Assembly: GCA_051047955.1 (NCBI GenBank)
Contig: JBPGPT010000014.1
Coordinates: 310,001-374,000 of the forward strand
Direction: 5' to 3'
Origin: Cystobasidiomycetes sp. EMM_F5
Lineage: Eukaryota
DNA: 64,000 bases
A program made the position numbers and the translations under genes. Positions 14,094-29,442 of this stretch are shown here, piece after piece; positions within the stretch are counted from its first letter, which is position 1; each line of letters begins with the position of its first letter. Under the pieces are notes generated by a model. The model searched no databases and was not told where the DNA came from. It saw only the letters and a list, made by a program, of their open reading frames with translations.

Positions 14094-14252
14094 ACCACAG
14101 CCAGCGCCGCGTGGTTTTGATAGTGCTTGAGCGCCCACTCATCTGTTGTTGCACCGGTAATGCCGTTCCCATGATACACCGTCCCACTTGGCAGACTCGG
14201 ATTGAAGAGCGAATCTATCGTACATATTGTCGCTAAACACTACCGCTGTCTA

Positions 14253-17450
<3,198 letters not shown>

Positions 17451-17644
17451 GGCATAAACGAGACCTCAGTGGGAGGTTACGGGGCAGTTGTAATCAGATT
17501 CTCGCAGTAGTAATGTAGCGAAAAGAGGCAGAAAACCAAAGTCTGGCCAAGTCACGCTTTTTGCGGCGGACGACCAAGCCGTGGCTCAGACTTCTCGCAA
17601 GCCAACAAATCTGCAAAGTGTTACAGCCTCAGGCTGTTGCAAGT

Positions 17645-18206
17645 ATGACTAGAGTCTCGAGATCCCGTACAAAAGGTTCAGCCAAGGTAGCCTCGACATC
17701 AGCTTGGCCGTTGATAAACTCTGAAACGCATGGTGTTGGAAATTAACACTCTGCAGAATCAAGCAAAGTCAACGAAAACCAAGCGATATGGCAAGGATAT
17801 CGACCAGGTGCATGAAGAGATACAGCGTCAGGCGGCTGGATTGACAAGGACAAGCAAGTTGGACACGACGGTTCAGGAAGCCGAAGCTGAAGAATTGCCT
17901 GGTGCGAGGATGGCATTGACCCGTTCGCTAGGTCGTCTGCGACTGACTTCGTCGTATCGTACAGGCGCTGGAGACTATCCCTGCGTAGCGTGTTCTCGGC
18001 ATTTCATCTCGACAGAAGCGCTCGCAACACATACAAAGACTAAAGTGCATAAACGGCGAATGAAGGCGCTCAAAGATGAGCCATACTCCCAAAAGGAAGC
18101 GGAACTCGCTGCTGGCTTGGGAACCGACAATAAGAGGCGGCCTAAAGATAACAACGACGAAAACATGTCGGTGGCTACTGATGCAAATCAATTAGAAGCG
18201 CACTGA
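17645..18206 (+). CDS. BUD20: Pre-60S ribosome biogenesis C2H2 zinc-finger protein (ZNF593)
   Basis: KTKRYGKDIDQVHEE...ELPG|AGDYPCVACSRHF..LATHTKTKVHKRRMKALKDEPYSQKEAELAAGLG. Confidence 0.9.
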
Positions 18207-18331
18207 GGGAGTACTGCTCGTGGAAGCTGGTCAGTCGCCTAATCGGAGTTGAGTAGTCTGTTTATGTCGTTGTCTACAATATCGCACCAACATATACCGG
18301 CTGTATGGAAGACGTCCGTACAATGGTAGGA

Positions 18332-20691
18332 TTAACAACCCAATCTACCCATGAGAATGGCTTCTACAACATCGCCCTTCTTGACGTCTTGAGCGCCAGG
18401 CTCTTTGCTACTGGGTAGACAGATGAGACCATTGGCAGATGCCAAGCTGACTGTCCTGCTACTCCGCTGACCGCCTGTGCTCCTTGCAATCAAACCACAG
18501 CCGCCGAACTGAGTATCACGGTCAGGTTCAATCCATACGCGATGAAACTCTGGTCTTGGGTCGAGCCGCATATCCGAAGTGACGCGCACTCGCACTCGAG
18601 GCAAATGCCAACCTCTTTGTGTCGGCTCGTCCAGTATCGGAAATCCAGACATTTTGTGCAGACAAGGCAGCACGAAAAGATGAAAGGTGACAAGCGCTGA
18701 CGCAGGATTGCCCGGTAGTGCAAATACCAGTGTTGGAGGTGCATCTATCCGAGAGGCTGAAGGAAAGGTGGCAAAAGTCGTCGGTTTGCCCGGTTTCATG
18801 GCCACCCGACCAAAGATGACGCTTCCTTGCAGGTCTCGCTCGATGACTGGCTTAAGCATATCTGCTTCGCCCATGCTAGTACCTCCAGTCGCAATAACCA
18901 TATCTGCCTTCTGTGAGCCGAGACGGAGAGCTTCTGCCGTAGCAAGCGCTGTGTCCGGCACGATACCCAGATCAACGACCTTGTAGCCATGTGATCGTAA
19001 CATAAGAGACAGAGACGGCCTGTTGCTGTCGTATATGACAGTCAGGGCGTCGGATGGAGTGCCAGGGGCGTGTAATCCAGTAAGCTCATTGCCTGTCGAC
19101 ATGATTGCCACGACAGGTTTGTCGTACACCGAAACCTAAATATTGACGTATTAGCAGCATGGTTGTACTGGGACAAGTGACTTACATCTTTCTTCCCGAC
19201 AAATGCCAGTGTGCCAATCTCACCTCCGATCTCGGAGATCCGCGTCCACTTTTCCAGTACCGTCTCGCCTGCTTTGACATCACTACCTGGTTGTCGGACA
19301 TTCTCGCCCCGATCGACGCCAGCTAGAAGCCTTACTTGCAGCTCTTCCCCGGTGGCTCGATCCGATTGAACGAGTTCCGTATCTTCGACCATGATGACAG
19401 AGTCTGTACCCAAAGGTAGTGGCGCACCTGTGTTGATGCGGTATATAGCGCCATCCGGTAAAGATGTATTCAGAATTGTCGCTGCCGCTTGTCCCACAGG
19501 GGTAGTATCTGTAAGGCCCGGGTATGTAGCGCTTGTGATGACAGGATAGACCCCCGCTGGTGTAGAAGTAGAAGCAATTGCATAGCCATCAACGTTTGTC
19601 GTGGCGGCCTGAGGTAGATTGGACGGTGCCACAATGTCTTCAGCAATGACATATCCCAGCAGCTCGTCCGTCACTGGTCGGATGTGTGTACCGAGAACTG
19701 GCGTGTTTGCAAATATCGACGCAAACGCTTCCTTCATGCTAATGATCGGATAAGGTGAGACGCGATGTCGCGCAGAAGCTGAAAAGATCCGCTCAGTAGG
19801 ACATGGTACACTCAGCGTCTTGTCACTCACCGCCTTTGGACAAATCGGCAGACTGCATCGTGCGGGGCTTTGGGACATGGTGAGAGTGAGCGTGAGAGTG
19901 AGCGTGCGTATGGGTAGTGGAGCCAGAGCTGTGATCGTGGTGGTGGCCGTGATGATGGTGGTGTGGTGTGCTCAAAGTTGATAGTCCAGCAATACCGTTC
20001 TGGCTTGTGATGTTGGAAAGCCGATCTGGCATGCCCATACTATTGTGTACTACTTTCCCGCTACCTCCACTGGCGAGATCCAGCGCATGCTGAACGATAC
20101 CCAGTAGAGCCTGTACATTCTCCTTTGCTCCCTTCGGACTACCTGGAACGGTCGCAATCACCATCCCTTCTTTCGTAACTCCGCAAACGGGTCGACTTAG
20201 AGCAGCCATCGGCGTCTTGGTGAGCGAAGTAGCTAGCAACAGATGCTGCAAGCCAGTTGCTTCCCTGGCGAGCAAAGGGCGTACTGCTTCTGGCGTGACA
20301 TCACGCGCTGAGAATCCAGTTCCGCCAGTGGTGATTGCAAGATTGACACCAACAGCAGCCCACTGATTCAGTGCTGCTTGTATTGCGGGAATCTCGTCCG
20401 GCACTGCCGACCGCACAACGGGCTGTTGATATGCTGGATCTGAGAATAGCTCTGCAAGAGCGGGCCCTGTAAGATCGGTCGAGGGGTCTCTAGACGAGGT
20501 GTCGCTGACTTGGAGAATGAGTATGTGAATGTCAATTCAGCTGCATCACTCATTGCCAACTAAACAGTAGCTGACCGGTCAGTATGCCAACTCGGTAAGG
20601 AGCTGTGTCGGGCAAGCCGCAGCAATTAGAATACGTCAGATAGTCAGCGCATGTTAGTTCTCATATCACGCAGAGCTTCCTCACGCGGCAT
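18332..20691 (-). CDS. cnxE: Molybdenum cofactor insertase (gephyrin/CnxE; MogA G-domain + MoeA E-domain)
   Basis: VGILTVSD, TTGGTGFSARDVTPEA, PGSPKGAKEN (G domain); His-rich linker; NVDGYA, RINTGAPLP, STGNEL, DSNRPSL, TGGTSMGEAD, MKPGKP, ALPGNPASA, TGGQRSSR (E domain). Confidence 0.93.
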
Positions 20692-21074
20692 TGCATCGGT
20701 CTTGACAGGCTCATCAGTTGATCACTTTGCAAGCTTCGGCAATAGCTGCTGCTTTTCGACTTTCCGACAGCCGCTGCAAACGGCTTTCGTATCTGATAAC
20801 ACAATTATGCCAGCCCTTGACCTGCACATAAGACGGTGTAATGCCGTCGTATTGCTCGCAAAAAGCTACAGAAACTCGAAAGCTATGTCGCGGCCAACGA
20901 TGCATGATCAAAGCCCCGCGACCGTTGCGGAGTTGGACCAGCCAGCCATTCGCGACGGCGGGCTGAAGGCTGTTGTTCGAGTTTGACCACGCTCTGACTG
21001 ATGTTGTGACGACTGACACATGTACATATGCGCTGACTGCGACTGAATACCTCTATCGGCTGTCTGGCTTCGAA

Positions 21075-24000
21075 ATGACGGCTTTGCGACCCGAGCAGGC
21101 ACTTCCGCCAAACACTGTATCGAGGCACGAACACGTCAAGCTTACTATCCGGCCGTCGAATGCAATCCACGTCGCGGGTGACAGAGTCTCTGGAATCGTT
21201 GAACTCGCGTGCTCTTCAGAACAGATTGCCCTGGGCCGGATCGCCGTAGAACTGACAGGCCAAGAACGTACGCTGGCGGAACTCTTCAGTATTGAGAGAA
21301 TAGGTGCTGATATCTTCCTGCTATTGACTCAGACCTACAATCGTCCAACAACACCGCCTCTCACACCCTTTTCAGCGCTCGCGTCGTTTTCCAAGCTGCA
21401 AACTTGCCTCCATCAAATGCCGTACATGCATCGCATACGCCAGTCTCTGGGTGCTGGCCGGCGAAAACTGGTGTTACTCGGTTTCCATTCTCCTTCTTGC
21501 TTCCCGACAATATACCATCGACTTGCGTTTTCAAGAAAACGGCCTCAGCTTCGGTTTCCTACGTGCTATGTGCGACTTGCCAAATCCTGTCCAGTGGTCA
21601 GCGATACATCCTCACCAAGTTTTTGGAAGTGCATGTAGTGGAACGATGGTCAGATTGGGCGAATGATGAGTATCGCACAGACGACGCGCGCAAGCAAGTG
21701 AAACACAGATTTGCCGATGGATCTTCTGCCGTTGTGGACGCTTACATCTCTGCACCTCTACTCTTGCATGGAGCACGTCCGCGGGACCATCGTGAACAGG
21801 ACTCGTCCGCAGCGGAAGGAAAGGTTGTCGTCGGCGTGACAGTCAAGCACACTCTGACCCGCACGCTGGCCGGCGGAGTCAATGTAGCACTTTTAAAGAC
21901 ATTGCGGACAGTCAACGCACAAGCCAGGCCTGCAAGTCCTCCTATCGGACAGGAGGAAACAGTTGCGCAGCACATTTTCCAAGGCATCGATTACGAATTT
22001 CCGCCGAGCGATGCTGAGCGCACCGTGATGTGCTGTGTGGAACTACCATCCTTCGAACTGTTTGGTACAATACGAAAGACGAGTCTGTTTGATATTTCCA
22101 CGAGCTTGCAGATAAGCTTGAATCTAGATACTACAAAGTAAGCCTCTGTTTCGGTATGCGCATACGTATTGTGTCTGACTGGATGTGCATAACAGATCTG
22201 TATCTATGACAATTCCAGTATTCATAGCGCATTGGGCATCCATGCCGCCGGAAGCGGTAGCATACAGACAAGACATTGTTCCCCTTGGTACCCGTGCACT
22301 CTCTCCGTTTCTTATTTACTACAATAACGCGGTTTCTCCTTCCTTCGCACATCGAACTTCGCCGTTCGATCCGCCTGCAAACATTCCGCATCAGTACATG
22401 TCCAGTCCGGTACCATCTAGACCGTCGAACACGTCTCGAAACGCTTCGCCGGTCTTTTCTGAGTGGTCGCCAGCTATATCACAAACTCCTCTACCTATGT
22501 ACACTATGCCCGATCCGTGGACGGGACCCAATATGAGTAAGTCTCCTGCTCTTGATCAGCCTGGAGCTTGGAATTCCCCGTACGAAGGTGCAGCCAGCCC
22601 ATCATACCAGTCTTTCCAGTCACCGGCCAACAGCCCTCTACTATTGAATATGCTGAGCTCCCCGGTCGTGCCAAACGGCAGTAACGCTATTGTGCAAACA
22701 CCCGGCATGCTGTCGACAAACGGCCAGTTCGGCACTAATCTGTACATACCATCTTTCATGTCACCAGGACCAGCTGCCAATAATGCTACTGTGCTGCGCA
22801 CATCGCAGTCGTTGCAATCTTTCCCTCAACGCACGCTATCACCCGAGTTACAATCGTACCTGACCCCGCAAGATCAAGCTCGCTTCGTTGCAAATGCCGC
22901 GCCCGCCAGCTACGACGTTGTGCAACGAGCTCATATTCTGTCCCTTAGTCAGCAGATCCAGCAGACCATGCCGGGATACACCGTTGATTCATCTGGCCGA
23001 GCGAGACGGCGGAGCTTACCTACGCCTACGCCGCCGGTCACTCAGACGGGGAAGATCGGTGCGCTCATTCAGGATCATCAAGCTCAGGCGCGGATCCCTC
23101 AGAAGCCGCTTCGCCCACAACGCTCGCAGTCTGCTCAACCGAATGGGTTCTTGGACACCATTGGAGAGGATGGCGAATCGCAGGCCGGAACTTTGAGACT
23201 ACGCGATCTACCAAGATCAAGCTCTTCAGATGCCGTCCGGAGCGTCAAGGCTATCCGCGCCGCAACAGTCGATGAAGAGGGCAATACATCGGCCACGCTA
23301 CTAGAGGACTTGGTGGATGCGCAGGAGCGGACGAAGGAGTACGAGCGGAGTAAAGCGAGAACATCAGGCTTGAGGCGGTCCACCGAACCAGACTTGACTC
23401 ATTTGTCTAGTACGGAAAACATGGCGAGCCCTTCTGTCGATAAAATCTTACCTCAACCGCCATCACCAAACGTGAAGAACAATAAAAGATGGTCACGACC
23501 GAACCTTGTGCAGATTTTTGCCCAAATATCGCCTAGGTCCAAGCGAAAGGCGACCGCACCAGAGGTCGATAAGACAAATACGCCCGAGAAACCTGTTACG
23601 AAGTTGGCTGAGCCACGCACGAGTATGGAAAACAGCATAAGCCCTAGAAAGTCGGCGGAATGCATTCGACCTGCGGCGAAGACGTCTCAATCGGACTCCT
23701 TGCTAGCATTGGAAAAGCGACTGTCACGACCATCATCGCCTAATGTCCGGGCGAAGCAATGTTCCGATCTATGACACTGTCACCGCCTCTGGCATCATCT
23801 GAAGCCTTTCAACCGATACACTCACCTGTCCTGCGTGCAATCTCGCCGGTCGGCGCTCACACCGGCAATGCTGGAGCCTTGCGCAAGAAAAGCAGTGTTA
23901 TCTCACTCAACAAGCAAGCGGCTCGAGAGCGTCCATCGTCACTACCAGCAGCGGAAGCAATAGCGGTCAAGTCACCTTCGCCTAACAGCGTTGCAAATGT

Positions 24001-24706
24001 TTCAAGCGCGAAAGCAGGACGAGCGGAAGGTGTTTCGAGTGCACAAAGTCCGATGGCTCGACCTCTGCAACAAATTCCTCCTGATCGCGGGATGAGCGAA
24101 GTTCACGACAGCAAGCAGCGCGTAGCAAAAGCTACACAGTCTCGGCAAGTTGTGCCAGAGCGCTCGCTTCCCGCCTCGCTTATCGGCAATGTCCCCCCAT
24201 CGAATGAAGCTAAATCGCCAGCAATCCTGATGGACTTGAAGGCGGGAAGGCCCGTTGTTTTGCGGAATATTGTCGATGCATCGCCTGGCCCAGCATCATC
24301 GTCTGAGTCTGATGCACACAATATGGCATCAGCGAGAGGAGGGCGTGGAGGGGTCGTTACAAGCGTGAAATCCGTGTGGACGGAAATGATTGCTGCGCAA
24401 CAACAAGCGGCGAGCAGCTCTAATCGATCAGCCAAGTCTGCGGGATTCGGAAACAGTGAAAGAATGCAAGCTGACTCCGCGCGATCGTTGCAAGGACCAC
24501 CGAAGATCCTACCAACGAAGACTGTTCCAGCCAAGATGTTCTTGAACACTACCTCCGGTAAACAGCCAGTCTTTGCCAAAGCTACGCCTGCATCGTTCCC
24601 CGCTTCCTCTAGCGCTTCAAAATCTGCTGCAATGTCTTTAACGCAACAAGCTAATCAAGAAATGCAGTCTCAGAAGTTCGAGTCCCTTATCGACAGATTC
24701 ACTTGA
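21075..24706 (+). CDS. Arrestin-N-like domain protein with long S/P-rich disordered tail; reading frame broken near 23745-23774
   Basis: HVKLTIRP..VAGDRVSGIVEL..IAVELTGQE..LPPSNAV..GVTRFPFSFLLPDNIPST..VSYVL is arrestin-like. Two canonical introns, then a frame change with no clear intron. Confidence 0.6.
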
Positions 24707-25580
24707 GGCAAAGAGTACTGAAGGCTTGTTCACCGGGATAATTCCACTGAGCCCATAAGGCATTGGGCGAAGTCAACGGGCGAAGTGCGGCCACATCTCA
24801 AGCTTCGCACATACAGGCTGCATCGCGAAGCTCGAATCGGCATACCTGATGTGCCATCACGAATGCAGTGCACCCGACCAACTTGGGTAGAAATGCTACT
24901 ATCCGCCAGCACTCGCACGCATTCAAGCGTAAGTGAATCAGCGGAACTGATGCTCATTGGATGGCATTGATGTCACTTCTGCACGCAGAGAGCTCGAACG
25001 AGAGGCGATAGCCGCGTGAAGCCAAAGATCCAGCCACGACAGCTGCCTAGAGTGATGAAGTTATACCACGAGTTGCACGCAAGGCTTCAGTGCAATCCCG
25101 AGCCACTTATTTGGCTTGTCTCTGCACCTTGTGAATACGCAAAAGCTGTCGTCAATCGACCACGTTCTCATCGGCCGAGAAAAGCCAGCCATAAAGCTTT
25201 TGATAAAACCCAAACCCAATCAACGAGCTGAAGAATTGACAAAACACCTCGGCAACCTGTGACTGTCTCAGCGCTGGGCCGCCGTTGTTCCAGCGTATCA
25301 CGCTGCAGCGTGATCGCTACGTTCTCAGCAGAATCTGAAACAGTAACACTGCACATCATCTCTGCTCGTATATTAAATAAGGCTAGCCGCATTCACGTTG
25401 CTGCGCATCGGCTTGGCTCCAGAAGACATACATGAGTCCCCTGTGACAACACCGCCCGAATTGCTTTTTGAACGGGAAGGCGATGAATGGCAGCGATGAT
25501 CGCCCGCAGTATATCTTCGACAACTTGGTCGGCTACCGCACATGCCGTTCACTTTTATCTGACTCCCGCTTTCCTAAATT

Positions 25581-26483
25581 ATGTCTGTCAACACCTCCCG
25601 TCATCGCCGCACCCAGTCAGTACACCCTAACTTCAAGCTAAATATTGGATACACAAGGCCTCCCACAGCATCAGACAGACTGCCTGCTAGCCGTTCTTCA
25701 TTCACGGGTAAAGAGGTAGTAAATAAGCAGGCACAGCGGATATTGCCCATCAAGACAATCCCGTCGAATCTACTCTGCAAGCACTGCAAGCAGTGGTATC
25801 CGAAAAGCGGATGTGACTACTGTCACAATGCCCAGTGCGTTGCGTTATATCCAAAGACTGGCACAGCAACCCAAATTGGGATTCCCAGTGCCAATTTTCC
25901 CAAAGCTTACAAGGGAGTATACCGATGCACTTCATCCACCTGTACCATCTGTTCAGTCGGTCATTGCACGTTATGCCAGCGGAGGCGCAGGTCGCCGGAA
26001 TGTGACCTCTGCTTTCATCCGAAATGCAAAAAGGTACAGGCCGCTTCCTATGCACCCTACAAGTGTAAATCAGCAAAATGCAAGCCTTGCAAGAGCCGTG
26101 TGCGATGTCTGCACTGTTCGAATCTGGCCGAAGAGGGTTGCGCAATGTGCCATCGCGCAGAGTGTATAAAGGGATTCAGGAACGACCGTAACAAGTGCGG
26201 TCCGATCCGCTCTCTGCCATATCGCTGCGGTTTGCTTTCCTGCCAAAGATGCGACCAGACGCGATGCCAGTATTGCCCGAGGCCACATCAGCCAGGATGC
26301 CAGCTCTGCTTCGCCGGCAAATGCATGCAAGACATCGCAGACAGGGCGGAGCGCTTCAAAGTACACATACCGTATCTATGCGAGCTTGCGACATGTCCGT
26401 CGTGCAAGGATCCCCCAAAGCTGTCAAAGGACGAGACGTCTAGATTGAAGCGAATGGGATTACAAGTTCTGGACGGCTTGTAA
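25581..26483 (+). CDS. Intronless orphan with four 8-cysteine repeats (putative multi-zinc-binding protein)
   Basis: 300-aa ATG-initiated ORF with a regular C-x2-C-x7/8-C-x2-C-x4-C-xn-Y-x-C-x4-C-x2-C pattern repeated four times. Confidence 0.75.
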   Translation: MSVNTSRHRRTQSVHPNFKLNIGYTRPPTASDRLPASRSSFTGKEVVNKQAQRILPIKTIPSNLLCKHCKQWYPKSGCDYCHNAQCVALYPKTGTATQIGIPSANFPKAYKGVYRCTSSTCTICSVGHCTLCQRRRRSPECDLCFHPKCKKVQAASYAPYKCKSAKCKPCKSRVRCLHCSNLAEEGCAMCHRAECIKGFRNDRNKCGPIRSLPYRCGLLSCQRCDQTRCQYCPRPHQPGCQLCFAGKCMQDIADRAERFKVHIPYLCELATCPSCKDPPKLSKDETSRLKRMGLQVLDGL

Positions 26484-26668
26484 AGGTTCCTGTACGCAAT
26501 ACAGCATACCAGTGTAGCCAGTATCTCCACAGTATTCGTCTGTCGCGCTGTATCGATGTCAACGTCATTTTGCGTTATTTTCCCCGACCAATTTTTGGCG
26601 GCCCTTGACCGAGTTTGGTGTCAGCTCAACCTGCCCGCCACTTGAACATTTTACGGAGCCAGCAGCCA

Positions 26669-29123
26669 ATGCCCACACTCTTCAGGCGGTCATCGTCGTC
26701 GAGCAGCAGCAGTAAGACCGGAGCAGCTACGCCAGCCTCACCTGGCGCCGTCGGGCGAGCCACACCACCGCTGCCCCCGACGTCGCCGTCCCCATCGCGG
26801 AGCCTGCTCGGAGTCCGAAAGTCGTCGTCGGGAGCAGGCAACGCAGCGTCAAAGATGGCTGCAACGGCCAGTGGAGCGCAGGCCTACCTGGCTGCGTTTG
26901 CTGCAAAGGCGACGAGTTCAAACAAGTCGATGCTGTCGCCGAGCAAGCAGCACCACAAGGACTATCTCGACGGCGCGAGCGTCTACGGCGACTATGACAG
27001 CGCCAGCATCGCCAGCACCGACACGTCGAGTTCGATATTCTCGCGAGCCAGCTCCATCGCCTCGAGCGTTACGAGCGTATCGTCCAGCGGCAGCAGCTCG
27101 AGCCTGCTCCGCCGTCACAAGGACAAGGAAAATGGAGTATCGCTCTCAATCGTCGGCGAGGAGACTGTACGAAGCAACGACTACGGTATAGAGATGCCTC
27201 GTCGGGAGGCAGAGCTGCATCTATCCAAGGATCCACCAAAGGACGCTTCAAAGCTGCTCCCAGCTAGACATTTTGATCGAGACCCGCACTTTGTTCCTCC
27301 AGCGTTGCGAAACGACAGACACGCGCTCAAGCATGCAGAGTTTGGCTACCAAGAAGAGCCTTTTGAGTATACGAGTCGGTTCCGGGAACATACTGGCACG
27401 GGAGGAGAGGAGATCGAAGAGCCATCTATGCTCGTCTACCTCACAACATACATGTCATATCTAATGCTCATCGTGGTTGGTCACATCCGCGATTTCATCG
27501 GCAAACGCACGCATCGCAAGTCGTACCAACATCTAATGCCCTACGACGTGAGTTTGTGTATGGTTTCTTTTTGAGTGTCACTAACGATGTGCCGGACGCA
27601 CAGGGCTACGCCGCACTCAATTCCGACTTTGACTCCTTCTATACTCGTCGATTGAAGGCACGTATTGAAGATCTCTTTGCAAGACCTGTTACCGGTGTCG
27701 CTGGCCGGACGATAACTTGTCTTGACCGGATTACCGCCGATCACTACGCTACTTTCCGCTTCACTGGTTTGACCACCCAGGCGCTAAACATCTCGTCCTA
27801 CAACTATCTCGGCTTCAATCAGTCTCGCGGAGGATGTGCTGATGCCGTCGAAGAGATTATTCGGCAATACGGTGTCTCTGCACTCGGCAACCGCGAAGTC
27901 AGCGGTACACTAGATTTGCACGTCCACACAGAAAGACTACTGGCACGATTTCTGGGCGTTGAAGACGCTCTTTTGATCTCTCAAGGTTTTGCGACAAACT
28001 CTGCTACTCTGCCAACATTGGTCAGCAAAGGCTGTCTGGTCATTTCTGATGAATTCAATCATTCCTCTATTCGCTTTGGAGTACGCTTGTCTGGTGCTAC
28101 AGTCAGGCAGTACAAGCACAACGATATGAAGGCGCTTGAAACTCTACTTCGCGATTCCATCTCTCAGGGCCAGCCTCGAACGCACAGACCCTGGAAGAAG
28201 ATTCTACTGGTTGTCGAAGGGTTGTACTCTATGGAGGGTACCCTTGTTGACCTGCCAAGGATAATGCAATTGAAGGAGCTGTATAAGGTATGTCAACACC
28301 AGCATTGCTCTTTTCGACAGCGTACTAAACGGGATTTGCAGTTCTATTTGTACGTCGATGAAGCTCACTCGATCGGTGCGATGGGACCTCGTGGACGAGG
28401 CGTGTGCGACTATTTCGGCATCAACCCCAACGCGGTAGATATCATGATGGGTACCCTGACGAAGTCCTTTGGTGCGGCCGGTGGCTATATCGGAGGCAGC
28501 GCAGCAATGATCTCCATGCTCCGCAAAACAAATCACTCCAACGTGTACGGCGAGGCTCACTCGCCTGCCGTTCTTGTGCAGATTATGGCTGCAATCATCT
28601 CTATTATGGGCGAAGAAGCTACAGATCTGATTCCTCCGTTCTTGAGGACACTGCCTACCAAAATGCTGGATGGAAGTGAAGGCCTATCGCGCCTGCGGCG
28701 CTTGGCCTTCAATTCGCGATACCTCAGTACTGGTCTGCGCAAGGTGAGCAATCGAGGCTGTTGCAAGCACTGAGCGCTTCTGATGAAATTATACAGCTCG
28801 GATTTATCGTTTACGGTCATCGAGATTCGCCCATCGTACCGCTACTCATGTTCTCACCCGGCAAGATGGGCACCTTTTCTCGATTGATGCTCGAGAAATT
28901 CAATATTGTGGTCGTCGTTGTTGCCTATCCAGCGACGCCACTCGTCTCGTCCCGCGTCCGCTTCTGCACGTCTGCTGCACATACAAAAGAAGATATCGAC
29001 AGGGTACTCATCGCTTGCGATATCGTAGGCGATGTACTGGGACTCAAGCTGTGCACTCATGGCACTAGGATGTCAATTGCGGACATCATTGCCAACGCTA
29101 GAAACCTTGTCGAGAGTGATTAG
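26669..29123 (+). CDS. LCB2: Serine palmitoyltransferase catalytic subunit 2
   Basis: NISSYNYLGF, SDEFNHSSI, VEGLYSMEG, YVDEAHSIGAMG, PLP-lysine motif GTLTKSFG, YPATPLVSSRVRFC. Confidence 0.95.
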
Positions 29124-29442
29124 GATTCACTTCTCTGACACGGATGCGACGTTCAGAACGCAAACGACATCTAATTCACGTTATGACATTCGGTTATACC
29201 TCTCTTCGCTCTTCTGTTTCAGCTTGGTGTCACTTTCGCTAATGGGGATGTTTTCAATATCAGCTCAACGAGTCCTTTGGTGGTTTGCAGGATATCCAGT
29301 GGCAGGGCGTCGTTACGACAGTGGTTGTATACCCTCAGCATCTATTCCAATGCAGCACTAGCACCTCATGACATTAGGAGACCTAGGAGTCTAATCTGCC
29401 GCTTGTCTGTACCCACTACACACCAGATTATGCTGTAGAGCC

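Noticed and set aside
17451..17644. Arginine attenuator peptide uORF upstream of ARG5,6
   Set aside because: No AAP-like uORF is visible, and the AAP is known from CPA1/arg-2 rather than ARG5,6.
19502..19512. GTAGTATCTGT resembling the U2 snRNA branch-recognition region
   Set aside because: It lies antisense within the CnxE coding exon and the flanks do not resemble U2.
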